Source of the DNA: Dyella mobilis
GTDB taxonomy: Bacteria > Pseudomonadota > Gammaproteobacteria > Xanthomonadales > Rhodanobacteraceae
Assembly: GCF_016904945.1 (NCBI RefSeq)
Contig: NZ_JADIKF010000038.1
Span: forward strand, 228,241-292,240
Length of the DNA stretch: 64,000 nucleotides
Direction of reading: 5' to 3'
Shown one piece after another: positions 56,345-64,000 of the stretch. The notes beneath the pieces were generated by a model, which saw only the letters and a program-made list of their open reading frames with translations, searched no databases and had not been told where the DNA came from. Position numbers and translations under genes: made by a program. Numbering within the stretch: position 1 is the stretch's first letter; each line of letters begins with the position of its first letter.

Positions 56345-57115
56345 TCAAACCAGCACGCTGCCACCATCCACCACAACGACCTGCCCGGTGGCATATCGAT
56401 TGGTCATCAAGTGCAGATACGTCTGCGCGACGTCTTCGGCATCGCCCACACGCCCCACCGGAAGTGCGGCCCCGTAGCTGGCATAGGTGGCTTCGCGTTC
56501 GGCTTCGGGCATGCCTTCCCACATCGGGGTACGCACGAGTCCCGGAGACACCAGGTTGACGCGCAGCGGCGCCAGTTCCACCGCCAGGGCGCGGGTCAAG
56601 CTTTCCATGCCGCCGCAGATCGTCGCCGCCACGGTCCAGCCTTTTTTCGGTCGCACGGCGGCAATGCCGCCGGTCAGCACGATGGAACCGCCGGGCCGCA
56701 GCTGCGGCGTTGCGTATTTCACGGCGGCCATCGCGCCGAACAGGCGCACGTCGAAGAACTTGCGCGCCGTCGATAGCGGCGTTTCTGCAAGCGCGCCCAA
56801 TTGCAGCGATTCGCCCGCGCTGTAAACCAGGTGGTCAAAGGGCCCGAGCTGCTTGAACATGCTTTCCACGGCGGTTTCGTCGGCGGCATCCAGCGCGTGG
56901 CCTTCGGCACCTTCGCCGAGCAAGGCCAGCGCCTGCTCTACCCGCTCACGGCGCGAGGAAACGACGACCACCCGCGCGCCGGCGTGCTGCGCAGCCCGTG
57001 CGGTGGCCAACCCGATACCCGAAGTACCCCCCAGCAAAACGACCCGCTGTTGCTTAAGCGAATAGGCGGCAGTGTTCACGTGGATGTCCCGTTGTGGAGA
57101 GACCGCCACTATCAT
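56345..57115 (-). CDS. SDR family oxidoreductase
   Basis: GGTSGIG motif; divergent from the LysR regulator. Confidence 0.75.
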   Translation of the reverse strand: MIVAVSPQRDIHVNTAAYSLKQQRVVLLGGTSGIGLATARAAQHAGARVVVVSSRRERVEQALALLGEGAEGHALDAADETAVESMFKQLGPFDHLVYSAGESLQLGALAETPLSTARKFFDVRLFGAMAAVKYATPQLRPGGSIVLTGGIAAVRPKKGWTVAATICGGMESLTRALAVELAPLRVNLVSPGLVRTPMWEGMPEAEREATYASYGAALPVGRVGDAEDVAQTYLHLMTNRYATGQVVVVDGGSVLV

Positions 57116-57175
57116 TCGTTACGTACGCTGGATAAACGCGCGATTTCTTCACTTACTCATAAGCGGAAATTACGA

Positions 57176-58084
57176 ATGGATCGCTTCACCAGCATGGCGA
57201 TATTTGTGCGCGTGGTGGAACGCGGCAGCTTTGCGGCGGCGGCCGAAGGAAGCGGCATGACGCCGACCATGGTCGGCAACCACATCCGCGAACTGGAGCG
57301 GCGCCTGAAAGGCCGCTTGCTCCATCGCACCACCCGCAGCCAGAGCCTGACCGAGCTGGGCAAGCGCTATCACGCGCGCTGCCTGGAGATTCTGGCCCTG
57401 GTCGATTCGGCCGAGCTCGATGCGCGCGAGATGCAGGCCAGCCCGCGCGGACGTCTGCGCATCAGCTGCCCGATAGCCTACGGCACGCGCGCGCTGGTGC
57501 CGGTAATGGCCGGCTATCTCGATCGGTATCCGGAGGTGCAGGTCGACTTGTCGCTCGAAGATCGCTATGTCGATCTGGCGGTGGAAGGCTTTGATGCGGC
57601 GATCCGCGTTGGCGTGCTGCCCGATTCCGGCCTGATCGCCCGCCCGCTGCGTCCGTCCCCACGGATTGCCTGTGCCTCGCCTGCCTATCTCGCGCGCCAC
57701 GGGACGCCGCGAACACCTGCCGAACTTGCACGACACAACTGCCTGGCATTGGCGCTTCCGTCCGGGCCGGAACGCCGCTGGCGTTTTCCTCGGCCCGACG
57801 GCAGCGGTGAGGAATGCGTGCCGACGTGCGGCGCACTCGACGTGAATGGCGTCCTGGCGCTGCGCGAAGCGGCGCTGGCGGGGCTGGGCATCATTCTTCA
57901 ACCGCAAATGATCTTGCAGGATGACCTGGACGCCGGCCATCTGGTGCGCCTGTTTCCCGATTGGCCGGCGCCCACCTGGCCGGTGCACCTCGTGCATCTG
58001 CCGGACCGCAGCCTGCCGCCCAAGCTGCAAAGTTTCATCGCCTTTGTGCAGGAAAAACTGGGGCGCGACAGCCCGCTGCCGTGA
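57176..58084 (+). CDS. LysR family transcriptional regulator
   Basis: MDRFTSMAIFVRVVERGSFAAAAEGSGMTPTMVGNHIRELERRL is a LysR HTH; the ORF frame extends upstream to 56801. Confidence 0.85.
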   Translation: MDRFTSMAIFVRVVERGSFAAAAEGSGMTPTMVGNHIRELERRLKGRLLHRTTRSQSLTELGKRYHARCLEILALVDSAELDAREMQASPRGRLRISCPIAYGTRALVPVMAGYLDRYPEVQVDLSLEDRYVDLAVEGFDAAIRVGVLPDSGLIARPLRPSPRIACASPAYLARHGTPRTPAELARHNCLALALPSGPERRWRFPRPDGSGEECVPTCGALDVNGVLALREAALAGLGIILQPQMILQDDLDAGHLVRLFPDWPAPTWPVHLVHLPDRSLPPKLQSFIAFVQEKLGRDSPLP

Positions 58085-58094
58085 TGAAGCGGCT

Positions 58095-59444
58095 TCAGCG
58101 TTGCCAAAGCTTCGCGTAACGCAGGAAGCGCGTCAGCAGCAACGCGAAAAGCAGCACGATGAACGCGGCGTACGCATATTGCGTGCGCGACACGCCGGTC
58201 CCCCAGGGAAACCAGATGCCTTGCAGGCCGATGGCACTGAGCTCCGAAGCGAACAGGCCCATGCCGATCAATATCGCAGCCAACGCCGACAATAGGTTGG
58301 AAGGCTTGGGGTGTTCGGCCAAGGCAAGGCCGATCATCCACAGATAAATCACGGCGTAGACGAGGCGCACGCCCTGTACCAGCACGTCGGCAGCCGTCTT
58401 CAAGCCGTGGCTCGCTTCCAGGGCAAACCAGGGTCGGCCGACCAACGCAGCTGCCACGTGAATCAGCAGCAGCACGAGGATGACGTGCCGCATCGGCACC
58501 CAGCGATGATCCTCCAGCCGCCACCAGTCCCGCCACGCGAGTGTCCAGGTGGCGAAGGTGAGCGGTACGAACAGCACCGCCGTCATGACGTCGTAAACGC
58601 GCAAGCTCTCCAGCTGCGTCCAGAAAAAGAACACCTGGTTGGAGCGCAGCCATGCGGTGCAAAGCAGTGCCGCGGCCAGCCAGCCATAGCCCTCGCCGCG
58701 GCGGCAGGCCATCAGCACGAGTGCCAGGATCGCCAGCGATACGAAGGCGATGGGTTCGACGGCATCGACCACGTAGCCTTTGAAGGTCTGCAGCCATTGC
58801 ACTTGATACAGCTGGTTAATGTCGTCGAGGCGGCCTATGGTCGGCGCTACGTGGATGCCGCCGCCATCGTCAGCCGCATCGAGAGGATCCATCCACACAC
58901 GCAAGGCAATCACATAGGTATGCGTCCCGCTCGACGCTGCCGGCAGCCGATAGACACGTGGCTGCACGCTGTACACCGTCGGTGTCGTGCCGAAAAACAC
59001 ACCCGGCCCGCCCAGTCGCCTGCCATCCACGTAAAGCTGATAGGTGCTGTCGACGTCGGTAGGGCCGGCCAGCGCGAGTGGCGCATCGCTGTCGACGGTG
59101 ATGCGCAAGCGGTACCAGGCGTAACCGGTGTAGCCGGCGTGGCCGCGCTTGCTCCAGCCGGGCACGTAGCCGGGCAAGCCCACATCGCCATCGTGCGCAC
59201 CGGGAGCGGGCGTGAGATCGACCGATTCCCAGCCACTGTCATCGAAGTCCGCCGCGGCCCATGCAGGGTCGTCGCCAACCGAGAATCGCCAAGGGCCGTT
59301 CAGTGCCATGGTGGCGGGGCCGAGCGTGATCGGCTGGGCAGGCGCAGGCTGCGCCGCGAGCAGACGGCCCGTCGCAAAAACAGTCATGAGCACAACGAGC
59401 GAAACCAGCCATCCCGTGCAGCGCATCGAGCCACTCCAAGGCAA
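58095..59444 (-). CDS. 7TMR-DISM receptor (extracellular DISMED2 domain + 7TM) lacking a cytoplasmic output domain
   Basis: Signal peptide/periplasmic ~200-aa domain followed by 7 predicted TM segments; the protein ends shortly after TM7. Confidence 0.6.
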   Translation of the reverse strand: MPWSGSMRCTGWLVSLVVLMTVFATGRLLAAQPAPAQPITLGPATMALNGPWRFSVGDDPAWAAADFDDSGWESVDLTPAPGAHDGDVGLPGYVPGWSKRGHAGYTGYAWYRLRITVDSDAPLALAGPTDVDSTYQLYVDGRRLGGPGVFFGTTPTVYSVQPRVYRLPAASSGTHTYVIALRVWMDPLDAADDGGGIHVAPTIGRLDDINQLYQVQWLQTFKGYVVDAVEPIAFVSLAILALVLMACRRGEGYGWLAAALLCTAWLRSNQVFFFWTQLESLRVYDVMTAVLFVPLTFATWTLAWRDWWRLEDHRWVPMRHVILVLLLIHVAAALVGRPWFALEASHGLKTAADVLVQGVRLVYAVIYLWMIGLALAEHPKPSNLLSALAAILIGMGLFASELSAIGLQGIWFPWGTGVSRTQYAYAAFIVLLFALLLTRFLRYAKLWQR

Positions 59445-59534
59445 TCATTTTGTTTTGGCGCGACTCTACCTGTCTCTGCGCCGTACCGCTTCGTGGTACG
59501 GCGTTTGTCGCCGCGGGGTGGAGCATAAACGAGG

Positions 59535-59562
59535 TCCGGCACCCGGCTGAGTGCCGGTTTTC
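59535..59562 (+). terminator. Intrinsic-terminator-like hairpin plus T-tract between FdhF-like and 7TMR genes
   Basis: ccggcacccggctgagtgccgg followed by TTTTCC (plus-strand orientation); a second hairpin cgccgtacc-gcttcgt-ggtacggcg lies at ~59499-59523. Confidence 0.4.
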
Positions 59563-59570
59563 CTAGGGCC

Positions 59571-61877
59571 CTAGGCCGCTGCAGCCGCTTTCAGCGTAAC
59601 GGGCACCGACTTGTAACAAGGCGTGCCGGATTGCTCGTCGTGGCTATCCAGGCTCACCAGGCAATTGCCTTCGGGGTAATACATCGCGACGGTGCCCTGC
59701 GCGATCGGATAGGCCACGGCGGTGAAGCCGCGCACCGCGCGAACCTGCCCGCGGCTGTCGACCGCATTGGGCCCCACCACTTCGATATCGATGCGGTCGC
59801 CATGGCTCAGCCCCTTGGCAGCGAGGTCGTCGGCGTGGATGAACACCACGTCGCGCCGGCCGCTGATGCCGCGGTAGCGGTCGTTGAGGCTGTAGATGGT
59901 GGTGTTGTACTGGTCGTGCGAGCGAATGGTGGTCAGGGTGAGGTGATCGCCATCGAGCAGCGGATCTTCGTCGATGCCTCGACCGACCAGGAAATGCGCC
60001 TTGCCGTCCGGCGTCAGCCACTTGCGCTCGGAAGCGCCGACAAACAGGCGGAAGCCGCCCGGCTGGCGCACGCGCTCGTTGTAGTTGGCGAAGATGGGAT
60101 ACACCACTTCGATCTTGTCGCGGATGCGATCGTAGTTGGCAACCAGGTTGTCCCAGTCCACGCGCGTGCCGGGCAAGGTCGCCTTGGCCATCTGGGCGAC
60201 GATCCACGGCTCGGAGCGCAGATGCTCCGACGCCGGCTCCAGGCCGCCTTCGGAGGCGTGCACCATCGACATGGAGTCCTCGACGGTAACCGATTGCGTG
60301 CCATCGGCCTGCACGTCCAGTTCGGTGCGGCCAAGGCAGGGAAGAATGAAAGACTGTTTGGCGGTGATCAGGTGCGAGCGGTTGAGCTTGGTCGCCACGT
60401 GCACGGCGAGATCGAGCTTGCGCATGGCATCGAAGGTGGCTTCGGGGTCGGGCATCGCCACGGCGAGATTGCCGCCCAGGCAGACCAGTGCCTTGGATTG
60501 GCCGTCGCGGATCGCGCGCACCGCCGCCACCGCATCGTGGCCGTGCTTCTTGGGGAAGGTGAAGCCGAACGCTTTTTCGATGCCTGCAACGAGCCGGTCG
60601 TCCGGCTTTTCGGTGATGCCGACGGTGCGGTTGCCCTGCACGTTGGAATGCCCACGCAACGGACAGATGCCGGCGCCGGGCTTGCCCATGTTTCCGCGCA
60701 GCATCAGCAGGTTGGCGATCTGCTGCACGTTCTGCGTACCGTGCGCATGCTGGGTGATGCCCATGCCGTAGCACACGATCACGCGCTCGGCTTTGGCGTA
60801 GATCTCCGCGATGTGGATGATTTCATCGCGCGACAGTCCCGACGTGGCCGTGATGGCATCCCAGCTCGTTGCCTGGATATCCGCCAGCAGATCCTCGAAG
60901 CCGACCGTGTGCTCGGCAATGAAATCGCGATCCAGCAGGCCCTTGCCGCCATGCGAAAGATCGCCGGCATCCAGCTCCAGCAGCCACTTCATCATGCCCT
61001 TGAGCATGGCGTCGTCGCCGCCGCATTTGATCTTGTAATAAGTGGATGCGAGCGGCGTGGCGCTGCCGGTCACCATTTCCAGCGGGTCCTGCGGCGAGGT
61101 GAACCGCTCCAGCCCGCGCTCGGGCAACGGATTGATGGCAACGATCGGCACGCCGCGCTTGGCTACTTCGCGCAATGTAGAGAGCATGCGCGGATGGTTG
61201 GTGCCGGGATTGTGGCCGATGCAGAACAGCGCGTCGCAGTGATCGAAATCTTCCAGCGTCACCGTGCCCTTGCCCACGCCGATGGATTGCGGCAGGCCGA
61301 CGCTGGTGGCCTCGTGGCACATGTTGGAGCAATCGGGGAAGTTGTTCGAACCGAACTCGCGTACGAATACCTGATACAGGAATGCCGCTTCGTTCGACGC
61401 GCGGCCGGAGGTGTAAAACTCCGCGGCATCCGGCGTGGGCAACGCATTCAGGGCCGCGCCGATACGGCGCATGGCTTCGTCCCACGCAATCGCAACATAG
61501 GTATCGGTCGCCGCATCGTACGCCATGGGATGCGTGAGGCGACCCAGGCCTTCCAGTGCGTAGTCGCTCATCTTCCACAGCGCCGACACCGGATTGGCGG
61601 CGAAAAATTCCGGGCGCACGCGCTTGCCGGTCGCTTCCCACGACACTGCCTTGGCGCCGTTCTCGCAGAATTCGAAGGAACTGGTGTGCTTGGGATCGGG
61701 CCAGGCGCAACCCGGGCAGTCGAAACCGTGCGGCTGGTTGACGCGGGTGAGCGCGAGGGTATCGCGGCCCACCGACATTTGTCCGGCCAAGGCGCGCGCC
61801 ACCGCGCGCAAGGCGCCCCATCCACCGGCCGGCCCTTCGTAGGTGCTTATGCCTTCAAGATCGGGCTCGTCGCTCAT
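59571..61877 (-). CDS. FdhF/YdeP-family molybdopterin oxidoreductase
   Basis: 768 aa with a Cys-rich N-terminal motif (…HGFDCPGCAWPDP…) and a molybdopterin-oxidoreductase fold. Confidence 0.8.
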   Translation of the reverse strand: MSDEPDLEGISTYEGPAGGWGALRAVARALAGQMSVGRDTLALTRVNQPHGFDCPGCAWPDPKHTSSFEFCENGAKAVSWEATGKRVRPEFFAANPVSALWKMSDYALEGLGRLTHPMAYDAATDTYVAIAWDEAMRRIGAALNALPTPDAAEFYTSGRASNEAAFLYQVFVREFGSNNFPDCSNMCHEATSVGLPQSIGVGKGTVTLEDFDHCDALFCIGHNPGTNHPRMLSTLREVAKRGVPIVAINPLPERGLERFTSPQDPLEMVTGSATPLASTYYKIKCGGDDAMLKGMMKWLLELDAGDLSHGGKGLLDRDFIAEHTVGFEDLLADIQATSWDAITATSGLSRDEIIHIAEIYAKAERVIVCYGMGITQHAHGTQNVQQIANLLMLRGNMGKPGAGICPLRGHSNVQGNRTVGITEKPDDRLVAGIEKAFGFTFPKKHGHDAVAAVRAIRDGQSKALVCLGGNLAVAMPDPEATFDAMRKLDLAVHVATKLNRSHLITAKQSFILPCLGRTELDVQADGTQSVTVEDSMSMVHASEGGLEPASEHLRSEPWIVAQMAKATLPGTRVDWDNLVANYDRIRDKIEVVYPIFANYNERVRQPGGFRLFVGASERKWLTPDGKAHFLVGRGIDEDPLLDGDHLTLTTIRSHDQYNTTIYSLNDRYRGISGRRDVVFIHADDLAAKGLSHGDRIDIEVVGPNAVDSRGQVRAVRGFTAVAYPIAQGTVAMYYPEGNCLVSLDSHDEQSGTPCYKSVPVTLKAAAAA

Positions 61878-61945
61878 GGCCGGTCTCCTACGAAAATCAG
61901 GGCCATAGGCTACACCTTCGGCGGAAGAAATAGGTTCAGGCGAAC

Positions 61946-62329
61946 TTACGCGTGAGTGATCGAATCCACGCGATCCGGATAGAACGCCAGGTATTGCTCG
62001 ATGTCGCTTACCGCCGGGTAAGGGTGCTCATAACTCCAGACCGCATTGACCGAGCGCTGCCCGCCGATAGGAATGCTGTAGTAAGAACACTCGCCCTTGT
62101 AAGGACAATGGGTGACGTGATGGCTGCGCACGAGCAACGCCACATTCACGTCGCGACGCGGGATGTATTGCACCGGCGGATAGGAAGCTTCGCGCAACGT
62201 CAGCGCGGCCGAGGTATCGGCAATGACCTGCCCGGCTACGCGAACCACGATGCGTTCGGGATTCGGCTCGATGGTGATCGGGTGGTCGGGTCCGGGGATG
62301 CGTGGTTCTGGGCTGGTCATCGGTTTCAC
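61946..62329 (-). CDS. DUF427 domain protein
   Basis: 127 aa with DUF427-like motifs (…YIPRRDV…HCPYKG…). Confidence 0.6.
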   Translation of the reverse strand: MKPMTSPEPRIPGPDHPITIEPNPERIVVRVAGQVIADTSAALTLREASYPPVQYIPRRDVNVALLVRSHHVTHCPYKGECSYYSIPIGGQRSVNAVWSYEHPYPAVSDIEQYLAFYPDRVDSITHA

Positions 62330-62404
62330 CTCGTCGCTGGTTTGCCGGGAAGTCTTGGCGGTTCCCGGCCCTCGTGAACGCGTTCGCCCGCGCGAATCGT
62401 CAGG

Positions 62405-63229
62405 CTACTTTTCGGCTTGCTTGATCAATCCGATCATGTCGGCCATTTGAGTCTTGCCGACCAGGCAATTCTTAGGGGCGGTCTTGTAATTCAGATATCC
62501 GTGGTCGAGATAGCCGTCGATATCCTCGCCCGGGCCGAACAGATTGGCATCAAGGCAGACATCCGCCGGCGACGGGTAGGCCCCGTACACGGCTTGGTAA
62601 ATCCTGATCGCCATCAACGTGGATAACGGGTAACCGGGATGCATGTTCTTGCCGAACCACGCCCACGACTTGTGCCTGGCGCTCAGCGCATTGAACGTGT
62701 TGGATATCTCGATGTAGCGGGCGCCCATCTTTTGCGCCATCACCTTCTCGCTCTTGACCAGCGTCCGGCTGCTTTCATCGGTCGCCTGATACGTCCCCAG
62801 ATAATAAGGCGTTGCTCCCGCTTCCCTGGCCCAGTTGGCGATGATTTCATGCGCCTGGACGGCGTTCTTGCACGAGGGCGTATCCGACAGCTGCGGATAA
62901 GAAACGCAGATGTCGTCGCCGCCGCGCTCCTGGATGATCACCGCGTCATAGGCGTGGCTGCGGATCACCGCCTGCAGGCGCCCGTCCTTCACGTAGTCGG
63001 ACAACGCTCCGCCGCTCTTGGCGAACAGGTCGACGGTCAGCCCTCTGGATTGGGCCAGGAAAGTCAAAATCGACGGCAGGTTGTTCGTATAGACCAGGCT
63101 GTTGCCGACGATCAGCAGGTTCAGCGGCTTTGCCGGACTGGCCGTGTCGGCTTGGGCCACCTGCGCAAGCACCAGGGCCATGCACGCACCGAAGCCAATC
63201 ATCAGTCGCTTGAGTCTGTTCACATACAT
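62405..63229 (-). CDS. Secreted SGNH/GDSL-like hydrolase family protein
   Basis: Signal peptide MYVNRLKRLMIGFGACMALVLAQVAQA followed by a LLIVGNSLVY block; the ORF frame extends to 63424. Confidence 0.55.
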   Translation of the reverse strand: MYVNRLKRLMIGFGACMALVLAQVAQADTASPAKPLNLLIVGNSLVYTNNLPSILTFLAQSRGLTVDLFAKSGGALSDYVKDGRLQAVIRSHAYDAVIIQERGGDDICVSYPQLSDTPSCKNAVQAHEIIANWAREAGATPYYLGTYQATDESSRTLVKSEKVMAQKMGARYIEISNTFNALSARHKSWAWFGKNMHPGYPLSTLMAIRIYQAVYGAYPSPADVCLDANLFGPGEDIDGYLDHGYLNYKTAPKNCLVGKTQMADMIGLIKQAEK

Positions 63230-63348
63230 GCCGGCATGGCTCCCTGAGGCCGAGGCAGTGAATCGTCGAACCCTTTCCGCCGCCCTCCTTCCCACGAGGA
63301 ATGCAGCGCCGAACGGGTGCATTCGGCGGACATGGGGGCTGCGTGGGC

Positions 63349-63373
63349 AAAAAAAAGCCGCCCGTAAGGCGGC
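63349..63373 (-). terminator. Rho-independent terminator of ahpF
   Basis: On the minus strand, gccgcc-ttacg-ggcggc is followed by T8, ~50 bp after the ahpF stop. Confidence 0.75.
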
Positions 63374-63420
63374 TTGGTTCGACCATGCCGTGCCCGAGCT
63401 TTGCCGGGCACGGCGCCATC

Positions 63421-64000
63421 TCATGCAGCAATGGCTTCTTTCTCTTCCACCGGCAGGCGAATCAGATAGTCGAAGGCGCTCAACGATGCCTTCGCGCCCT
63501 CGCCCATCGCAATCACGATCTGCTTGTACGGCACGGTGGTGACGTCGCCGGCGGCGAACACGCCCGGCACCGACGTTTCGCCGCGTGCATCAACTTCGAT
63601 TTCGCCGCGCGGGGAAAGCTTCACCGCACCCTTCAGCCATTCGGTGTTCGGCAGCAAACCGATCTGCACGAAGATGCCTTCCAGCTCGACGCGATGACTG
63701 CCGCCGCCGTGGCGGTCGGTGTAGGCCAGGCCGGTGACTTTCTGGCCGTCGCCCAGCACTTCGGTCGTTTGCGCACTGACGATCACGCTGACATTGGACA
63801 GACTGCGCAACTTGCGTTGCAGCACTTCGTCGGCGCGCAGCTTGCCGTCGAATTCCAGCAGGGTGACGTGGCCGACGATGCCGGCCAGGTCGATCGCCGC
63901 TTCCACGCCGGAATTGCCGCCGCCGATCACCGCCACGCGCTTGCCCTTGAACAGCGGGCCGTCGCAGTGGGGGCAATAAGTAACACCTTTGTTGCGGTAC
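63421..64000 (-). CDS. ahpF: Alkyl hydroperoxide reductase subunit F (C-terminal part; gene continues beyond window)
   Basis: …[42 protein letters not shown]… matches the AhpF C-terminus; truncated at the window edge. Confidence 0.8.
   Translation of the reverse strand, partial: YRNKGVTYCPHCDGPLFKGKRVAVIGGGNSGVEAAIDLAGIVGHVTLLEFDGKLRADEVLQRKLRSLSNVSVIVSAQTTEVLGDGQKVTGLAYTDRHGGGSHRVELEGIFVQIGLLPNTEWLKGAVKLSPRGEIEVDARGETSVPGVFAAGDVTTVPYKQIVIAMGEGAKASLSAFDYLIRLPVEEKEAIAA

Overview
The window is a high-GC (~65-68%) chromosomal segment that looks like a Xanthomonadales/Lysobacterales-type gammaproteobacterium (REP-like palindromes, many TonB-dependent/sugar-utilisation genes, GTG/TTG starts, frequent ATGA/GTGA overlaps). 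I call about 60 protein genes and no rRNA, tRNA or CRISPR array. Coordinates for non-CDS features and palindromes were derived by hand and are approximate to a few bp.

Main contents, left to right:
- a class-C beta-lactamase-like serine hydrolase and an AhpD-like carboxymuconolactone decarboxylase (CMD) protein;
- an MmyB/XRE-like regulator preceded by a 270-bp element flanked by a perfect 23-bp inverted repeat;
- a GNAT acetyltransferase, a SAM methyltransferase and an AmiC-like binding protein;
- a minus-strand operon of response regulator, histidine kinase, two FtsX/MacB-type permeases with no ATPase gene, and a secreted alpha/beta hydrolase, with a divergent secreted HExxH protein;
- an ECF sigma factor module;
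- a secreted protein with two retropepsin-like aspartic-protease domains plus TPR repeats;
- a Vgb-like beta-propeller protein and a CPBP protease;
- a cupin/CMD operon with a LysR regulator, where REP elements and a tandem ~170-bp duplication copy the CMD gene 3' end;
- a secreted CBM5/12 protein with a Pro-Thr linker and an uncharacterised C-terminal domain, a 481-aa secreted unknown protein and a YqiK-like flotillin;
- a carbohydrate locus (MocR regulator, (alpha/alpha)6 glycoside hydrolase, TonB-dependent receptor, GntR/FCD regulator);
- a ~1.9-kb low-GC (~55%) island carrying a type II restriction-modification system (controller C protein with PvuII-like C-boxes, PD-ExK endonuclease, SPPY beta-class amino-methyltransferase) whose R and M genes converge and overlap;
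- an APH-like kinase plus class-III aminotransferase pair (candidate kinase/phospho-lyase);
- a complete De Ley-Doudoroff galactose cluster (GH42 beta-galactosidase, dgoK, dgoA, dgoD, SDR dehydrogenase, SMP-30 lactonase, MFS sugar porter) and an APC permease;
- a HigB/HigA-like toxin-antitoxin pair in which the toxin carries a TGG->TGA nonsense codon (W12*) while the antitoxin is intact;
- an SDR/LysR pair, a stand-alone 7TMR-DISM receptor, an FdhF/YdeP molybdo-oxidoreductase, a DUF427 protein, an SGNH hydrolase and the 3' part of ahpF.

Most candidate new biology is in the accessory spots: the R-M island, the decayed toxin-antitoxin pair, the IR-flanked element, the REP-mediated duplication, the two-component/permease/hydrolase/HExxH module and the double-retropepsin-TPR protein.
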